Assembly: GCA_965203515.1 (NCBI GenBank)
Contig: OZ241907.1
Coordinates: forward strand, 2,784,001 to 2,848,000
DNA: 64,000 nucleotides
Reading direction: 5' to 3'
DNA from: Spirochaetia bacterium
GTDB lineage: Bacteria; Spirochaetota; Spirochaetia; SZUA-6; Bin103
Below the pieces are notes generated by a model, which saw only the letters and a program-made list of their open reading frames with translations, had not been told where the DNA came from and ran no database searches. A program made the translations under genes and the position numbers. Below are positions 30,493 to 40,474 of this stretch, piece by piece. The number at the start of each line of letters is the position of its first letter. Position 1 is the first letter of the stretch.

Positions 30493-30495
30493 CGG

Positions 30496-31974
30496 TCACT
30501 CCAGCAGGCGGAAGCCGTAGAGTTCACCATCCTGCAGGCGGAAGCGAAGCGCGACCGGACGCCCGGCCGGCAGCCGCTCGAGGCCGCCCCAGGTGACCTG
30601 CTGCCGTACCCCGTCGGCGCGCAGCGGCGCGCAATCGCCGGCGCCGTAGCCGTCCAGGACGGCGCCGTTTCCGTCCAGCGCCTCGACGACCAGGCGGCCG
30701 GCGGAGAGGCCGGCGGAGAGATTGGCGTTGACCGCCAGGCGGCGCCCGTCAGCCGCGAACGGCGCCGTCCGCACCCACCCCTCGAAGGGGCCGGCATCGA
30801 GCGATACGAAGCCGTCGAGGCGCCAGGAGACGCGCCCGATGGAGCACACCTTGGGCGGCAGCGGACCGCCGTGCGTGGTGTTGATCCCGGTGTAGTAGTG
30901 CCACACCTCGTCGCCGTGGATCACCGGGCGGTCCGCCGAGCAGAGAATGCAGCCGGCGTCGAAGCTGCCGCGTTTGCCGCGCGGAATGATCGGCGACCGG
31001 TCGGTGAACCGGTGCCAGTGCAGTCCGTCCCGGCTGTGCGCCAGTTGCGCCTCGATGGGACCGTCCCAGGGGCTCTGCTCGGTACGGAGCTCCGGCGGTC
31101 GGGCGCGCTCGATGGTGGAGTGCAGCACCACGTCGAAGACCGGCAGGAACCCCAGAAACTGGCCGCCGTAGCAGAATCCGGCCATCCCGTAGAACTCGCT
31201 GCGCTGGTCCCGGTCCAGGGTCCAGCGGTCGTCCTGCTCATCGGGCTCCAGGATCGTCCGGGGCGCCGACCAGCGCCGGAAGTCCTGACTGGTCGCAACG
31301 GCGATGAGCCGGCGCTGGAACGGGTCTGTTCCCCAGCGGCGATGGAACGCGAAATAGGCGCCATCCTCCGGCCGCCGGGCCAGGGTGACGGTTTCCAGTA
31401 TCTCGTCTATCTCGTCGCCGCCGGCGAGCACGGGGTTGCCCGGGTACTCCTGCCAATCGATGCCGTCGGCGGAATGAGCGATCCAATAGCCGCGCTGCGC
31501 GCTGCGCCAATCCCAGGCCATCATCCGGTAGCGTTCATCGGGGTTGGGAGCCGTCGGATCGATGACCAGGCTGGGACTGTGCTTGTCGAAGGCGATGATG
31601 TTGTTGGCCCGGGAGCCGTCGAACGGAAACCGGCCCAGGTCGGGCTTCTCCCAATGCAGGCCGTCCGCCGAGGTGGCGTAGAGGATCAGGTCGCCCTGCC
31701 GCTCCCGCATCTCCGGTGAACGGTGCTCGTTGCCCCGGCCGATGCGGCTCAGGTACCACATGCGGAACCGTCCGCTCTCCCGGTCGTGGTGCACGGTGCC
31801 GTAGATGTATACCCGCTTCCCCTCCCACGGACGGTCCGGCGTCAACACCGGCCGCTCCAGCTTCTTGCCGGGATGCAGGGTGCGCACCAAGCCGTGCATG
31901 TCCGTGACGATGCCGTCGTCCACGAAGAGCTGCGGCACGCCGGTCGCCACGGCGGCCGTTCGGTTCGCGTCCAT
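30496..31974 (-). CDS. Five-bladed beta-propeller glycoside hydrolase-like protein
   Basis: Repeated S.DG.HW motifs (SADGLHW, SADGIDW, SQDFRRW, SRDGLHW), RLDGFVSL; heads the sugar ABC operon. Confidence 0.7.
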   Translation of the reverse strand: MDANRTAAVATGVPQLFVDDGIVTDMHGLVRTLHPGKKLERPVLTPDRPWEGKRVYIYGTVHHDRESGRFRMWYLSRIGRGNEHRSPEMRERQGDLILYATSADGLHWEKPDLGRFPFDGSRANNIIAFDKHSPSLVIDPTAPNPDERYRMMAWDWRSAQRGYWIAHSADGIDWQEYPGNPVLAGGDEIDEILETVTLARRPEDGAYFAFHRRWGTDPFQRRLIAVATSQDFRRWSAPRTILEPDEQDDRWTLDRDQRSEFYGMAGFCYGGQFLGFLPVFDVVLHSTIERARPPELRTEQSPWDGPIEAQLAHSRDGLHWHRFTDRSPIIPRGKRGSFDAGCILCSADRPVIHGDEVWHYYTGINTTHGGPLPPKVCSIGRVSWRLDGFVSLDAGPFEGWVRTAPFAADGRRLAVNANLSAGLSAGRLVVEALDGNGAVLDGYGAGDCAPLRADGVRQQVTWGGLERLPAGRPVALRFRLQDGELYGFRLLE

Positions 31975-32063
31975 GGCCCACAGGGTAACACGGCGCGGCC
32001 GGCGTGCGCGGCGGCGGTGACGTGGGTTGCCGCCGGCCGGTCGCCGTACGGATATTCCGGTGC

Positions 32064-33023
32064 ATGGTCCTGATCGAAGCGGCCGGACTGGTGAAGCGGT
32101 ACGGCGAGGTCACCGCGCTGGACGGCCTCGACCTGGAGGTGGCAAAGGGCAGCGTCCTGGGCCTGCTCGGCCCGAACGGGGCGGGCAAGACGACCGCGGT
32201 GTCGATCCTGGCCACGCTGGTCGAGCCGGACGCCGGCACCGCGCGGGTTGCCGGGGCGGACGTGGTGGCCCAGCCGCGCGAGGTGCGCCGGCGGATCGGG
32301 CTGTCCGGACAGTTCGCCGCGGTCGACGAACACCTGACCGGGTACGAGAACCTGGAGATGATCGGCCGGCTCTATCACCTGGGCCGGCGCCGGTCCCGCG
32401 CACGGGCCAACGAGCTGCTGGAGATGTTCGATCTGACCGACGCCGGCGGGCGTCCGGCAAAGACCTACTCCGGCGGGATGCGCCGCCGGCTCGATCTGGC
32501 CGGGGCCCTGGTGGCGGAGCCGCCGGCGTTGTTCCTGGACGAACCGACCACCGGTCTGGACCCGCACAGCCGCCGCCAGTTGTGGGAGGTGATCCGCCGG
32601 ATGGTCGGCAGCGGCACCACCGTGCTGCTCACCACGCAGTACCTCGAGGAGGCGGACCAGCTCGCCGACCGCATCCTGGTGATCGATCACGGCAAGGCGA
32701 TCGCCGAGGGTACCGCCGACGAGTTGAAGAGCCTGGTGGGCGCCGAGCGGATCGAGGTGACCGTGGCGTCCGCCCAGGCGTTGGCGAAGTCGCAGGAGAC
32801 GCTGGCGCGCTTCGCGGTGGGGGAGCAGCAGGTCGATGAACGCCTGCGCACGGTGGTCACGCCGATCGCCGGTGGCGCGCCCGTGCTGATGCGGGCGCTG
32901 CAGACGCTGCACGAGGCGCAGGTCGAGGTGCGCGACATAGGGTTGCGGCGGCCCACGCTGGACGACGTGTTCCTGACGCTGACCGGGCACGCCGCCGAGC
33001 AGGAAGTCGAGGAGGAAGCGTGA
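32064..33023 (+). CDS. DrrA-type ABC exporter ATP-binding protein
   Basis: GPNGAGKTT, YSGGMRRRLDLA, LDEPTTGLDP, LTTQYLEEAD, PTLDDVFL. Confidence 0.95.
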   Translation: MVLIEAAGLVKRYGEVTALDGLDLEVAKGSVLGLLGPNGAGKTTAVSILATLVEPDAGTARVAGADVVAQPREVRRRIGLSGQFAAVDEHLTGYENLEMIGRLYHLGRRRSRARANELLEMFDLTDAGGRPAKTYSGGMRRRLDLAGALVAEPPALFLDEPTTGLDPHSRRQLWEVIRRMVGSGTTVLLTTQYLEEADQLADRILVIDHGKAIAEGTADELKSLVGAERIEVTVASAQALAKSQETLARFAVGEQQVDERLRTVVTPIAGGAPVLMRALQTLHEAQVEVRDIGLRRPTLDDVFLTLTGHAAEQEVEEEA

Positions 33024-33826
33024 ACGGACTGGTACGGATGATCGCCGACGCCTCGGTGGTGGCCAAGCGCAACGTGATCAAGATCAAGCGGGTGCCCGAA
33101 GTACTGGTGTTCGTGCTGCTCTCGCCGATCATGTTCGTGCTGCTGTTCGCATTCGTGTTCGGCGGCTCGATCGACATTCCCGGCGGCTCCTACCGGGAGT
33201 TCCTGATCGCCGGCATCTTTGCCCAGACCGTCGTGTTCGGGGCGCTGTTTACCGGCGCCGGGCTGGCCGATGACATTCAGAAGGGGATCATCAACCGCTT
33301 CCGCGCGCTGCCGATGTCGCGCAGCGCGCTCCTGATCGGGCGCACGGTGAGCGACGTGGTGTACAACGCGCTGTCGCTGCTGATCATGTCGCTCACCGGC
33401 CTGATAGTCGGCTGGGGAATCAACAGCAGCGTACTGGAAGGCGCGGCCGGGTTCGGGTTGCTGCTGCTGTTCGCCTACGCCTTTTCGTGGGTCATGGCGT
33501 GGATCGGCCTGCTGGTGCCGAGCGTCGAGGTGCTCAACAACGCCTCGTTCCTGGTGACGATGCCGCTCACCTTCGTGGCCAACACCTTCGTGCCGGCGGA
33601 GAATCTGCCGCCGGTGCTGCGCGAGTTCGCGCTGTGGAACCCGGTCTCCGCCGTCGCCCAGGCGACGCGGGAACTGTTCGGCAACATTCCCCCCGACACC
33701 CCCGTGCCGGAGGCGTGGTCGCTGCAGAATCCGGTGCTCTACACGATGATCTGGATCGTGGGCATCATCGCCGTGTTCGCTCCGCTTGCCGTGCACCGCT
33801 ACCGGCGATCGGGCCGCCGCTCCTGA
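33020..33826 (+). CDS. DrrB-type ABC-2 permease
   Basis: Six TMs, RFRALPMSR, WNPVS. Confidence 0.93.
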   Translation: MNGLVRMIADASVVAKRNVIKIKRVPEVLVFVLLSPIMFVLLFAFVFGGSIDIPGGSYREFLIAGIFAQTVVFGALFTGAGLADDIQKGIINRFRALPMSRSALLIGRTVSDVVYNALSLLIMSLTGLIVGWGINSSVLEGAAGFGLLLLFAYAFSWVMAWIGLLVPSVEVLNNASFLVTMPLTFVANTFVPAENLPPVLREFALWNPVSAVAQATRELFGNIPPDTPVPEAWSLQNPVLYTMIWIVGIIAVFAPLAVHRYRRSGRRS

Positions 33827-33850
33827 CCGGCTCCGCCGGCTCCGAACGGA

Positions 33851-34849
33851 TCAACTCTCGTAGAGCCAGCACGCGACGGCGTGATCGGGCCCGATCCGGG
33901 AGTAGCCGGGATGCGTGGCGCATCGGTCATGCGCGTGCGGGCAGCGCGGCGCGAACGGGCATCCGTCGATGGTGACGGTCGGATCTGGCACCGAACCGGT
34001 GATGACCTCCAGTTTCTCCTTCGGCGCCGACGCCATGGCCGGGATCGACCGGAACAGCGCCTGGGTATAGGGATGGGACGGACGCTCGAAGAGATCGACG
34101 GCCGGCGCCCGCTCCACGATCCGGCCCAGGTACATCACCAGCACCGTATCCGCCATCTTGGCGATGATGCCCAGATCGTGCGTGATGAAGAGGATCGACA
34201 TGTGGTATTCGTGCTGCAGCTCTTTCAGGAGGTCGAGTATCTGCGCTTCGATCGTCACGTCGAGCGCCGTGGTCGGTTCGTCCGCATTGAGCAGCTTGGG
34301 CCGACACGACAGCGCCATGGCGATCATCGCCCGCTGTCGCATGCCTCCGCTCAACTGATGCGGGTACTCGTTCACGCGCTGCTCCGGGTCCGGCATCCCG
34401 ACGCTGCGGAGCATGCGCACGGCATGCTCCTTCGCGTCCTGCCGGTTCAAGCCGACGTGCAGCCGCACGCTCTCCATGATCTGTGAGCCGATCGAATAGA
34501 TGGGGCTCAGCGTCCGCATCGGCTCCTGAAATACCATCGCGATCTCCGCGCCCCGAATCTCGCGGATCTTCTTCCCCTTCGCCGACAGCGCGGCGATGTC
34601 GACGGTTTCGTGCTCCCGGTGCAGCAGTATCGAGCCCCCTTCGATGCGTCCCGGAGGGCTCGGCACCAGGCGCAGGATGGAGAGGGCCGTCACGCTCTTG
34701 CCGCAGCCGCTCTCGCCGACCATGCCGACGATCCGCCGCTTCGCCAGGTCGAAGCTCACGCCGTCCACGGCGCGGACTACGCCGTCGTCGGTGTGGAAGC
34801 TGGTCCGCAGATCGCGGACTTCGAGCAGCAGGTCGGCGTCGGTCTTCAT
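33851..34849 (-). CDS. OppD/DppD-type ABC ATP-binding protein (orphan)
   Basis: GESGCGKS, YPHQLSGGMRQR, ADEPTTALD, HPYTQAL, GCPFAPRC. Confidence 0.94.
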   Translation of the reverse strand: MKTDADLLLEVRDLRTSFHTDDGVVRAVDGVSFDLAKRRIVGMVGESGCGKSVTALSILRLVPSPPGRIEGGSILLHREHETVDIAALSAKGKKIREIRGAEIAMVFQEPMRTLSPIYSIGSQIMESVRLHVGLNRQDAKEHAVRMLRSVGMPDPEQRVNEYPHQLSGGMRQRAMIAMALSCRPKLLNADEPTTALDVTIEAQILDLLKELQHEYHMSILFITHDLGIIAKMADTVLVMYLGRIVERAPAVDLFERPSHPYTQALFRSIPAMASAPKEKLEVITGSVPDPTVTIDGCPFAPRCPHAHDRCATHPGYSRIGPDHAVACWLYES

Positions 34850-35019
34850 CGCGCCGACCGTGCGTGCCGCCCTGGTCGATGTCAAGGTCGGCGCTTTGAT
34901 GATCCGGCCGATTCGGGCCATGGTTGGCCGTGTGGCGCCGTGTCAGGCAGCCCGTGCGGGGCGGCGTCGACGGCGCTCTCTCGAAAAGGGTTGCGCCGGT
35001 AGCGCCGAGGGAGGAGCCG

Positions 35020-36630
35020 ATGGCATTCGAGAAGGTGTTGGCGGGCGGCTCGGTGATCGACGGCACCGGCGCCAAGGCGTACCGGGCGGACGTGGCGATC
35101 GCGGCCGGGCGCATCGCCGCGGTCGGCGATCTGGCCGCTGCCGATCGTGCCGAGACGATCGACGCCTCCGGCCGGGTGGTGTGCCCCGGCTTCATCGACG
35201 TGCACGCCCACTCCGACGTCTCCCTGTTCGACGATCCGGGCGGCGAGTGCAAGGCGTACCAGGGCGTCACCACGGAGGTGGTCGGCAACTGCGGTTCGTC
35301 GGCGTTTCCGGCGGGATTGCTGAGCCCGGCGGAGCTGCAGGCGGTCGCCCCGGTGCACGTCATCGACGGTTCCGGCGTGCGGTATGCGTGGAGCGACTTC
35401 GACGGCTGGGCGACCGCGCTCGAACGCCGCGGCATCAGCCTGAACGTGGTGGGTCAGATCGGCCACGGCACCCTCCGCCAGGCGGCCAAGGCCACGCGGA
35501 ATCGGCCGGCGAACGACGAGGAGCTGGCGGTCATGAAGCGCCTGGTGGCCGAGGCGGTGGAGCAGGGCGCGGTCGCGCTCACCACCGCGCTCACCGGCCC
35601 GCCCGCCATGGCCGCGCCGGCCGGCGAGATCGCGGCGCTGGCCGCTGAAGCGCGGCGATTCCCCGGCGCCTTCTACGCCACGCATGCGCGGCTCCACAAC
35701 GGCAATCACTTCAACGCCGTGGACGAGGCGATCGAGATCGGCGAGCTGACCGGCATCGCGGTGCAGTACTCCCACATCGCGCTGATCGATACCCGGCACC
35801 ACGGCGAAGGGGGCGAGATGGTGCGGCGCATGGAAGCGGCGCGGGAGCGCGGCGTGGACGTGCGCTACGACGTCTACCCCTACACCGCCGGGGCCTGCGG
35901 GATCACGGGCGTGCTGCCGCTCTGGGCGCAGGAGGACGGACCGGCGGCGGTCCGGCGCCGGCTGGAGGACCCGGAGACCTGCGCCCGGATGGCGGCGGAG
36001 GTCGCGCGCGGATTCTGGGGAGGCGTGCCGCTGCCCTGGGACAAGTACGTGATCACCAAGGCCAACAAGGAGTCGATGCGCTGGATGGTGGGCAAGGCGT
36101 GGACGGAGATCGCCGCCCGGCGCGGCGAGTCGCCGGTGGAGGCGATCCTGTCGGCGGCGCGCGAGGACTGCTGGCTGGAAGGCGTGATGCACGTCCGTTC
36201 GGAGGACGACGTGCGCTACTTCGTCGGACACCCGCTGGCGATGATCGGCTCCGACGGCACCGCGGTATCGCCCGACGGTCCGTGGGGAGCCACGTCGCCG
36301 CATCCCCGTTTCTACGGCTGCTACCCGCGCGTGCTCGGCCGGTACGTGCGCGAGTACGGGGTGCTCGCGCTGGAGGATGCGGTCCACAAGATGACCGGCG
36401 CGGTGGCGGACCGGCTGCGAATGGCAAGCCGCGGGCGGATCGCCGCAGGCAAGGCGGCCGACCTGGTCGTGTTCGACCCGGACGCCGTCATAGACAACGC
36501 GACCTGGGAGGACCCGCACCGGTACCCGGACGGGATCGGCCACGTACTGGTGAACGGCGAGTCGGTGATCCGTGACGGCGCCCACACGCAGGCGCGCGCG
36601 GGCCGAGTGCTCCGCAGAGGAGCCGAGTAA
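35020..36630 (+). CDS. N-acyl-D-amino-acid deacylase (D-aminoacylase)
   Basis: PGFIDVHAHSD, QGVTTEVVGNCG, DVYPY, IGSDG, HPRFYG, ADLVVFDP; SD GAGGAG. Confidence 0.92.
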   Translation: MAFEKVLAGGSVIDGTGAKAYRADVAIAAGRIAAVGDLAAADRAETIDASGRVVCPGFIDVHAHSDVSLFDDPGGECKAYQGVTTEVVGNCGSSAFPAGLLSPAELQAVAPVHVIDGSGVRYAWSDFDGWATALERRGISLNVVGQIGHGTLRQAAKATRNRPANDEELAVMKRLVAEAVEQGAVALTTALTGPPAMAAPAGEIAALAAEARRFPGAFYATHARLHNGNHFNAVDEAIEIGELTGIAVQYSHIALIDTRHHGEGGEMVRRMEAARERGVDVRYDVYPYTAGACGITGVLPLWAQEDGPAAVRRRLEDPETCARMAAEVARGFWGGVPLPWDKYVITKANKESMRWMVGKAWTEIAARRGESPVEAILSAAREDCWLEGVMHVRSEDDVRYFVGHPLAMIGSDGTAVSPDGPWGATSPHPRFYGCYPRVLGRYVREYGVLALEDAVHKMTGAVADRLRMASRGRIAAGKAADLVVFDPDAVIDNATWEDPHRYPDGIGHVLVNGESVIRDGAHTQARAGRVLRRGAE

Positions 36631-36669
36631 GCCGGACCGATCCGAACGATTCACGCACGTACACACTTG

Positions 36670-36697
36670 TTGACGTTATTGGATACTATGCTATAGT
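36670..36697 (+). promoter_or_regulatory. Near-consensus sigma70 promoter for the RloAB-like pair
   Basis: TTGACG-16 nt-TATAGT with extended TG. Confidence 0.7.
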
Positions 36698-36718
36698 CCG
36701 TCGTGACCGGGAACTTGC

Positions 36719-37966
36719 GTGTTATTGCGTTTCAGCGTCTCGAATCATCTGTCACTCCGAGATTCGCAGGAACTGCTGCTCACGACGTCATCGCTGCAGG
36801 ACAAGACCGAGGGCTTGATCGACTGCGCAGTCGCGCCGCGCGGATCGATCTTGCCCGCCGTGGTAGTCTTCGGCGCCAACGCGTCGGGCAAGAGCAACCT
36901 CGTCCATGCGCTCGGGGCCATGCGGCAAATGGTCCTGTTCTCTCACACTCGCGGAGATGCGAGTGGCGGGGTGCCGCGCCATGCCTTCAGACTGGACGCC
37001 TCCTGCCCCGACAGGCCAAGTCGCTTCGAGATCGATTTCGTCCACGAAGACGTGCGCTATCACTATGGGTTCGAAGCGGACGATAACGCATTCCTGTCGG
37101 AGTGGCTATACGCCATTCCCAAGTCGCACCGCCGCCTCATGTTCGAACGTGAAGGCAACGGTTTTCGCTTCGGGCGCGAGCTGAAGGGGCAAAACAATAC
37201 CATCGCAGGATTGACCAGATCGAACAGCTTGTATCTATCGGCCGCCGCGCAAAACAGCCACGAACGACTCTCAAGTCTATACGAGTACCTCAGAGCCATG
37301 GACTGTTACATGCGCATCGGCGCAGGTAGTGAGTATTGGATGAGACACGAAGCAATAGATACCCGAGTGATCGAATTTCTTGAGGGAATTGACACTGGGA
37401 TATGTGACTACCGACGTCGGGAGACCGATCTTCCCGATGAATCAAGAGCCACGCTTGGAGAAGCGATGGAGAGACTGACAAATGCTGCGGTAGACTTGAA
37501 TGAAGGCAAGCAGGTCACTATCGAACTTGCTCACCAAAGCAGAGACGGAGCCCCCGTCTACCTCGATCTTGGTCTGGAGAGCGCGGGCACACAGCGACTG
37601 CTGGTGATGCTGAGTCTCGCATACCGCGCGCTCGACGCAGGAACGCCTCTGGTGATCGACGAACTCGACATGAGTCTGCACACTCTGGCCGGCGCTGCTG
37701 TCCTGCAGTTGTTCTGCTCGCCGAAGACGAATCCCAACGGTGCGCAGCTCATTGCGACGGCCCACGACACCAACCTGATGGGGTGGGCCGGACTGCGCCG
37801 CGATCAGATCTGGTTTACCGAAAAGGACGAGGATGGGGCGACGCTGCTCTATCCGCTGACCGATATTCGGACGAGCCGGAGCGATAACCTGGAGCAAGGA
37901 TACCTGCAGGGCCGCTACGGAGCGGTACCCTTCGACGACCCGATTTCCGCACTTGGCTCGAACTAG
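36719..37966 (+). CDS. AAA_21 ATPase, RloA/AbiLi-like
   Basis: MLLRFSVSN, FGANASGKSN, RYHYGF, ESAGTQR, IDELDMSLH, QLIATAHD, RRDQIWFTEKD, YLQGRYGAVP. Confidence 0.9.
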   Translation: MLLRFSVSNHLSLRDSQELLLTTSSLQDKTEGLIDCAVAPRGSILPAVVVFGANASGKSNLVHALGAMRQMVLFSHTRGDASGGVPRHAFRLDASCPDRPSRFEIDFVHEDVRYHYGFEADDNAFLSEWLYAIPKSHRRLMFEREGNGFRFGRELKGQNNTIAGLTRSNSLYLSAAAQNSHERLSSLYEYLRAMDCYMRIGAGSEYWMRHEAIDTRVIEFLEGIDTGICDYRRRETDLPDESRATLGEAMERLTNAAVDLNEGKQVTIELAHQSRDGAPVYLDLGLESAGTQRLLVMLSLAYRALDAGTPLVIDELDMSLHTLAGAAVLQLFCSPKTNPNGAQLIATAHDTNLMGWAGLRRDQIWFTEKDEDGATLLYPLTDIRTSRSDNLEQGYLQGRYGAVPFDDPISALGSN

Positions 37967-38621
37967 AAGCAGAGGGGACGTCCCTCCCAACCTGCGGCGG
38001 CGCGGAGCTCAGCGGGGGCCGAGATGGCGATTCGTGTTGTACTGCGAAGGCAGTAATACGGAACCAGCCTATTTCAACGCGCTCAAGCGTACCTGTTCGA
38101 ACGCGCTGATCGGAGTGGAGGTCGTTCCCGGAGTTGGTGTTCCCTACACGATTGCGGAGAAGGCTGCGGAACGAGTCCGATCTCAGCGGGGCGGTAGCCG
38201 CAGAAACTCATATGAAGAATCCGACCAGGTGTGGGCGGTATTCGACCGTGATGATCACCCTCGATTCGACGATGCCATCACGCTGTGCGAAAGTAACCAT
38301 GTCCGTGTCGGTCGTTCCAATCCATGTTTCGAGCTGTGGCTCATCCTTCATGAACAGGATTACAATCGGCCTGAGCGACGTGACCGAATGCAGTCGATAC
38401 TCGGTGATCTACGACCCGAGTATGACAGGAAACGGGGGAAGACTCCTGATTGCGATGAACTGATCAGCCGAGTCGAGGATGCCGAACAACGCGCCGAGGC
38501 TCTATTGCGGCGGCGGGCGGAGGAGGGCAGTCCATACGGTAATCCCTCCACTACGGTCGGCCGGCTCACCCGTGAGATTCGGACGGCTGACAGCCGCGCG
38601 CGGGCAAGGATCTGGTGCTAG
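37953..38621 (+). CDS. RloB-family (AbiLii-like, TOPRIM-like) protein
   Basis: YCEGSNTEPAYF, VWAVFDRD, SNPCFELWLILH, NPSTTV. Confidence 0.9.
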   Translation: MARTRSRGDVPPNLRRRGAQRGPRWRFVLYCEGSNTEPAYFNALKRTCSNALIGVEVVPGVGVPYTIAEKAAERVRSQRGGSRRNSYEESDQVWAVFDRDDHPRFDDAITLCESNHVRVGRSNPCFELWLILHEQDYNRPERRDRMQSILGDLRPEYDRKRGKTPDCDELISRVEDAEQRAEALLRRRAEEGSPYGNPSTTVGRLTREIRTADSRARARIWC

Positions 38622-38734
38622 CGTGCACCGCACGAACGCCCGCCGGAGACGCTACGAAGAAGGCGCGCGGAGCTCGCGCTGATCGGTCAGGAGGCCGGAG
38701 TTCCGCCGGCCAGCCTGGGCGACCGAAGTGGCGT

Positions 38735-38818
38735 TGCCCGGAAGAGGACTCGAACCTCCACAGCCTTGCGGCCACTAGACCCTGAACCTAGCGTGTCTAC
38801 CAATTTCACCATCCGGGC
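38735..38818 (-). tRNA. tRNA-Leu(CAG), CCA not encoded
   Basis: Reverse complement GCCCGGATGGTGAAATTGGTAGACACGCTAGGTTCAGGGTCTAGTGGCCGCAAGGCTGTGGAGGTTCGAGTCCTCTTCCGGGCA; long variable arm. Confidence 0.96.
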
Positions 38819-38827
38819 TGGAACCAC

Positions 38828-38856
38828 AGGATACGGGAGCGCGCAAGCCGTGTCAA
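38828..38856 (-). promoter_or_regulatory. sigma70 promoter of tRNA-Leu
   Basis: TTGACA-17 nt-TATCCT just upstream of the tRNA 5' end. Confidence 0.75.
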
Positions 38857-39018
38857 ATCGCCCGGTCGGGCGCACCGGCCGCGGCCGGCCGCTCGACGCC
38901 GCGCGGCGGCATGCGGTAGCCTCCGTGGTCCGATGACGCGGAGCCCGGGTCCGGCGGACCACTCGTCAGGGCGATCCCGGTCAGACCACCGCAGGGGAGA
39001 CCCTGGCAAGGGAGCAGC

Positions 39019-40422
39019 ATGATCGGGATCGGACTCGATTTTGGCACCACCAACAGCACGCTCGCCGTCTGGGAGGCGGATCGCATCACCTACATCGACC
39101 TCGACCCGGCGGCGGTCAACCCCAAGATCATGCCCTCGGCGCTCTACCTGGACCGCGCCATGGGGCGTTCGGTCGGCACGGCGGCGATCGAGCGCTACCT
39201 CGGCGACAACCGCGGCCGGACCGTCCGGCTGCAGCGGGTCAACGTGGGGCAGATCGCCATGACCTTCAGCACCACCGACACGCAGCGCGCCGGCCGCGGG
39301 CGCGGCGACACCACCCGCGTCCATCAGGTTTCGGGGTATGACGACACCGAGCTGCCCGGACGCCTCTTCCGGGGGCTCAAGAGCTTCCTGGGGGTCGCCG
39401 AGCAGAGCCGCTTCAAGGTGTTTCACCGCAGCTTTCACATCGTCGCGCTGATCACGCTGATCCTGGCCGAGATCCGCTCCGTCCTGGAGCAGGCCGGCTA
39501 CGACGTGGGGCGCGGAATCCACATCGGCCGGCCGGTCCGCTACGTGGGAGGCAACGGCGCCAACGAGGTCGCCGTGCGCCGGATGGCCACCGCCTGCCGC
39601 AACGCCGGCTTCGAGGACGTGGTGTTCTACCCCGAGCCGGTCGCTGCCGGGCTGAGCTACCTGCGGGCATCCTCGGCGCAGCCCGATCACCTGCTCACCT
39701 TCGACTTCGGCGGCGGCACGCTCGACCTGTGCCTGCTGTCGACGCGCAACGGCGGCTTCGAGGTGGTGGCGACGCGCGGGCTGCCGATCGGCGGCAACCA
39801 CGTCGACCAGCAGATCATGCGCGACGTGATCTTCCCCGAGCTGGGCGAGGGGTGCGCGGTGAAGAGCTCGCTGTCCCGCCCGGAGCCCGACGCGGTGTTC
39901 CCGTTCTACCGGTACCAGGACTATCTGCTCAACTGGCAGACCTCCTACATGTCGAACCGCCCGGAGCTGATGGAGAGTATCTTTGCCGGCATCCAGTCCG
40001 GTCCCGACGCGCGCCGCAAGCTGACCCGACTCTGGAAGCTGATCCGCGGCAACGCGGTGTACGCTCTGCTGAGCGCGACGGAGGCGGCCAAGACCGAGCT
40101 TGCGGAGCGGCAGACGACCGAGATCGGCCTGGATGAGATCGATCTCCACTTGCCGTTCGACCGCGCCCGGCTGGAGCGGGTGCTGGAGCCGATCATGGAA
40201 CGGGTCGACGCGACCGCTCGGGCGCTGCTCGACGACGCCGGCCTCGACGCCGGCGACGTCGAGCGGGTGGTCTGCACCGGCGGCTCCTCGCAGCTCGTGC
40301 CGGTGCAGCGCTGGTTGGCCCGGACGTTTCCGGGCCGCGTGGAGGACTTCGACTATTACCGGAGCATCGCCGGCGGCTTGGCGATCGCCAACGCCGGCGA
40401 GCGGGAGCTCGCGGCCGTCTGA
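39019..40422 (+). CDS. Hsp70-family protein, YegD-like
   Basis: GLDFGTTNS, IGRPVRY, EPVAAG, DFGGGTLD, TGGSS; lacks a substrate-binding domain. Confidence 0.88.
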   Translation: MIGIGLDFGTTNSTLAVWEADRITYIDLDPAAVNPKIMPSALYLDRAMGRSVGTAAIERYLGDNRGRTVRLQRVNVGQIAMTFSTTDTQRAGRGRGDTTRVHQVSGYDDTELPGRLFRGLKSFLGVAEQSRFKVFHRSFHIVALITLILAEIRSVLEQAGYDVGRGIHIGRPVRYVGGNGANEVAVRRMATACRNAGFEDVVFYPEPVAAGLSYLRASSAQPDHLLTFDFGGGTLDLCLLSTRNGGFEVVATRGLPIGGNHVDQQIMRDVIFPELGEGCAVKSSLSRPEPDAVFPFYRYQDYLLNWQTSYMSNRPELMESIFAGIQSGPDARRKLTRLWKLIRGNAVYALLSATEAAKTELAERQTTEIGLDEIDLHLPFDRARLERVLEPIMERVDATARALLDDAGLDAGDVERVVCTGGSSQLVPVQRWLARTFPGRVEDFDYYRSIAGGLAIANAGERELAAV

Positions 40423-40474
40423 CCTTCCGCCCGACCGCCGGGCCGGTCGGGCGCCGCGTGGTATCCTGTACGGC

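Noticed and set aside
33851..34849. Orphan OppD as part of a novel system with D-aminoacylase
   Set aside because: Ordinary ATPase motifs; partner genes are probably elsewhere and nothing supports a functional link
36630..38735. Integrative element with attL/attR at tRNA-Leu
   Set aside because: No integrase, and I could not find a duplicate of the tRNA 3' end
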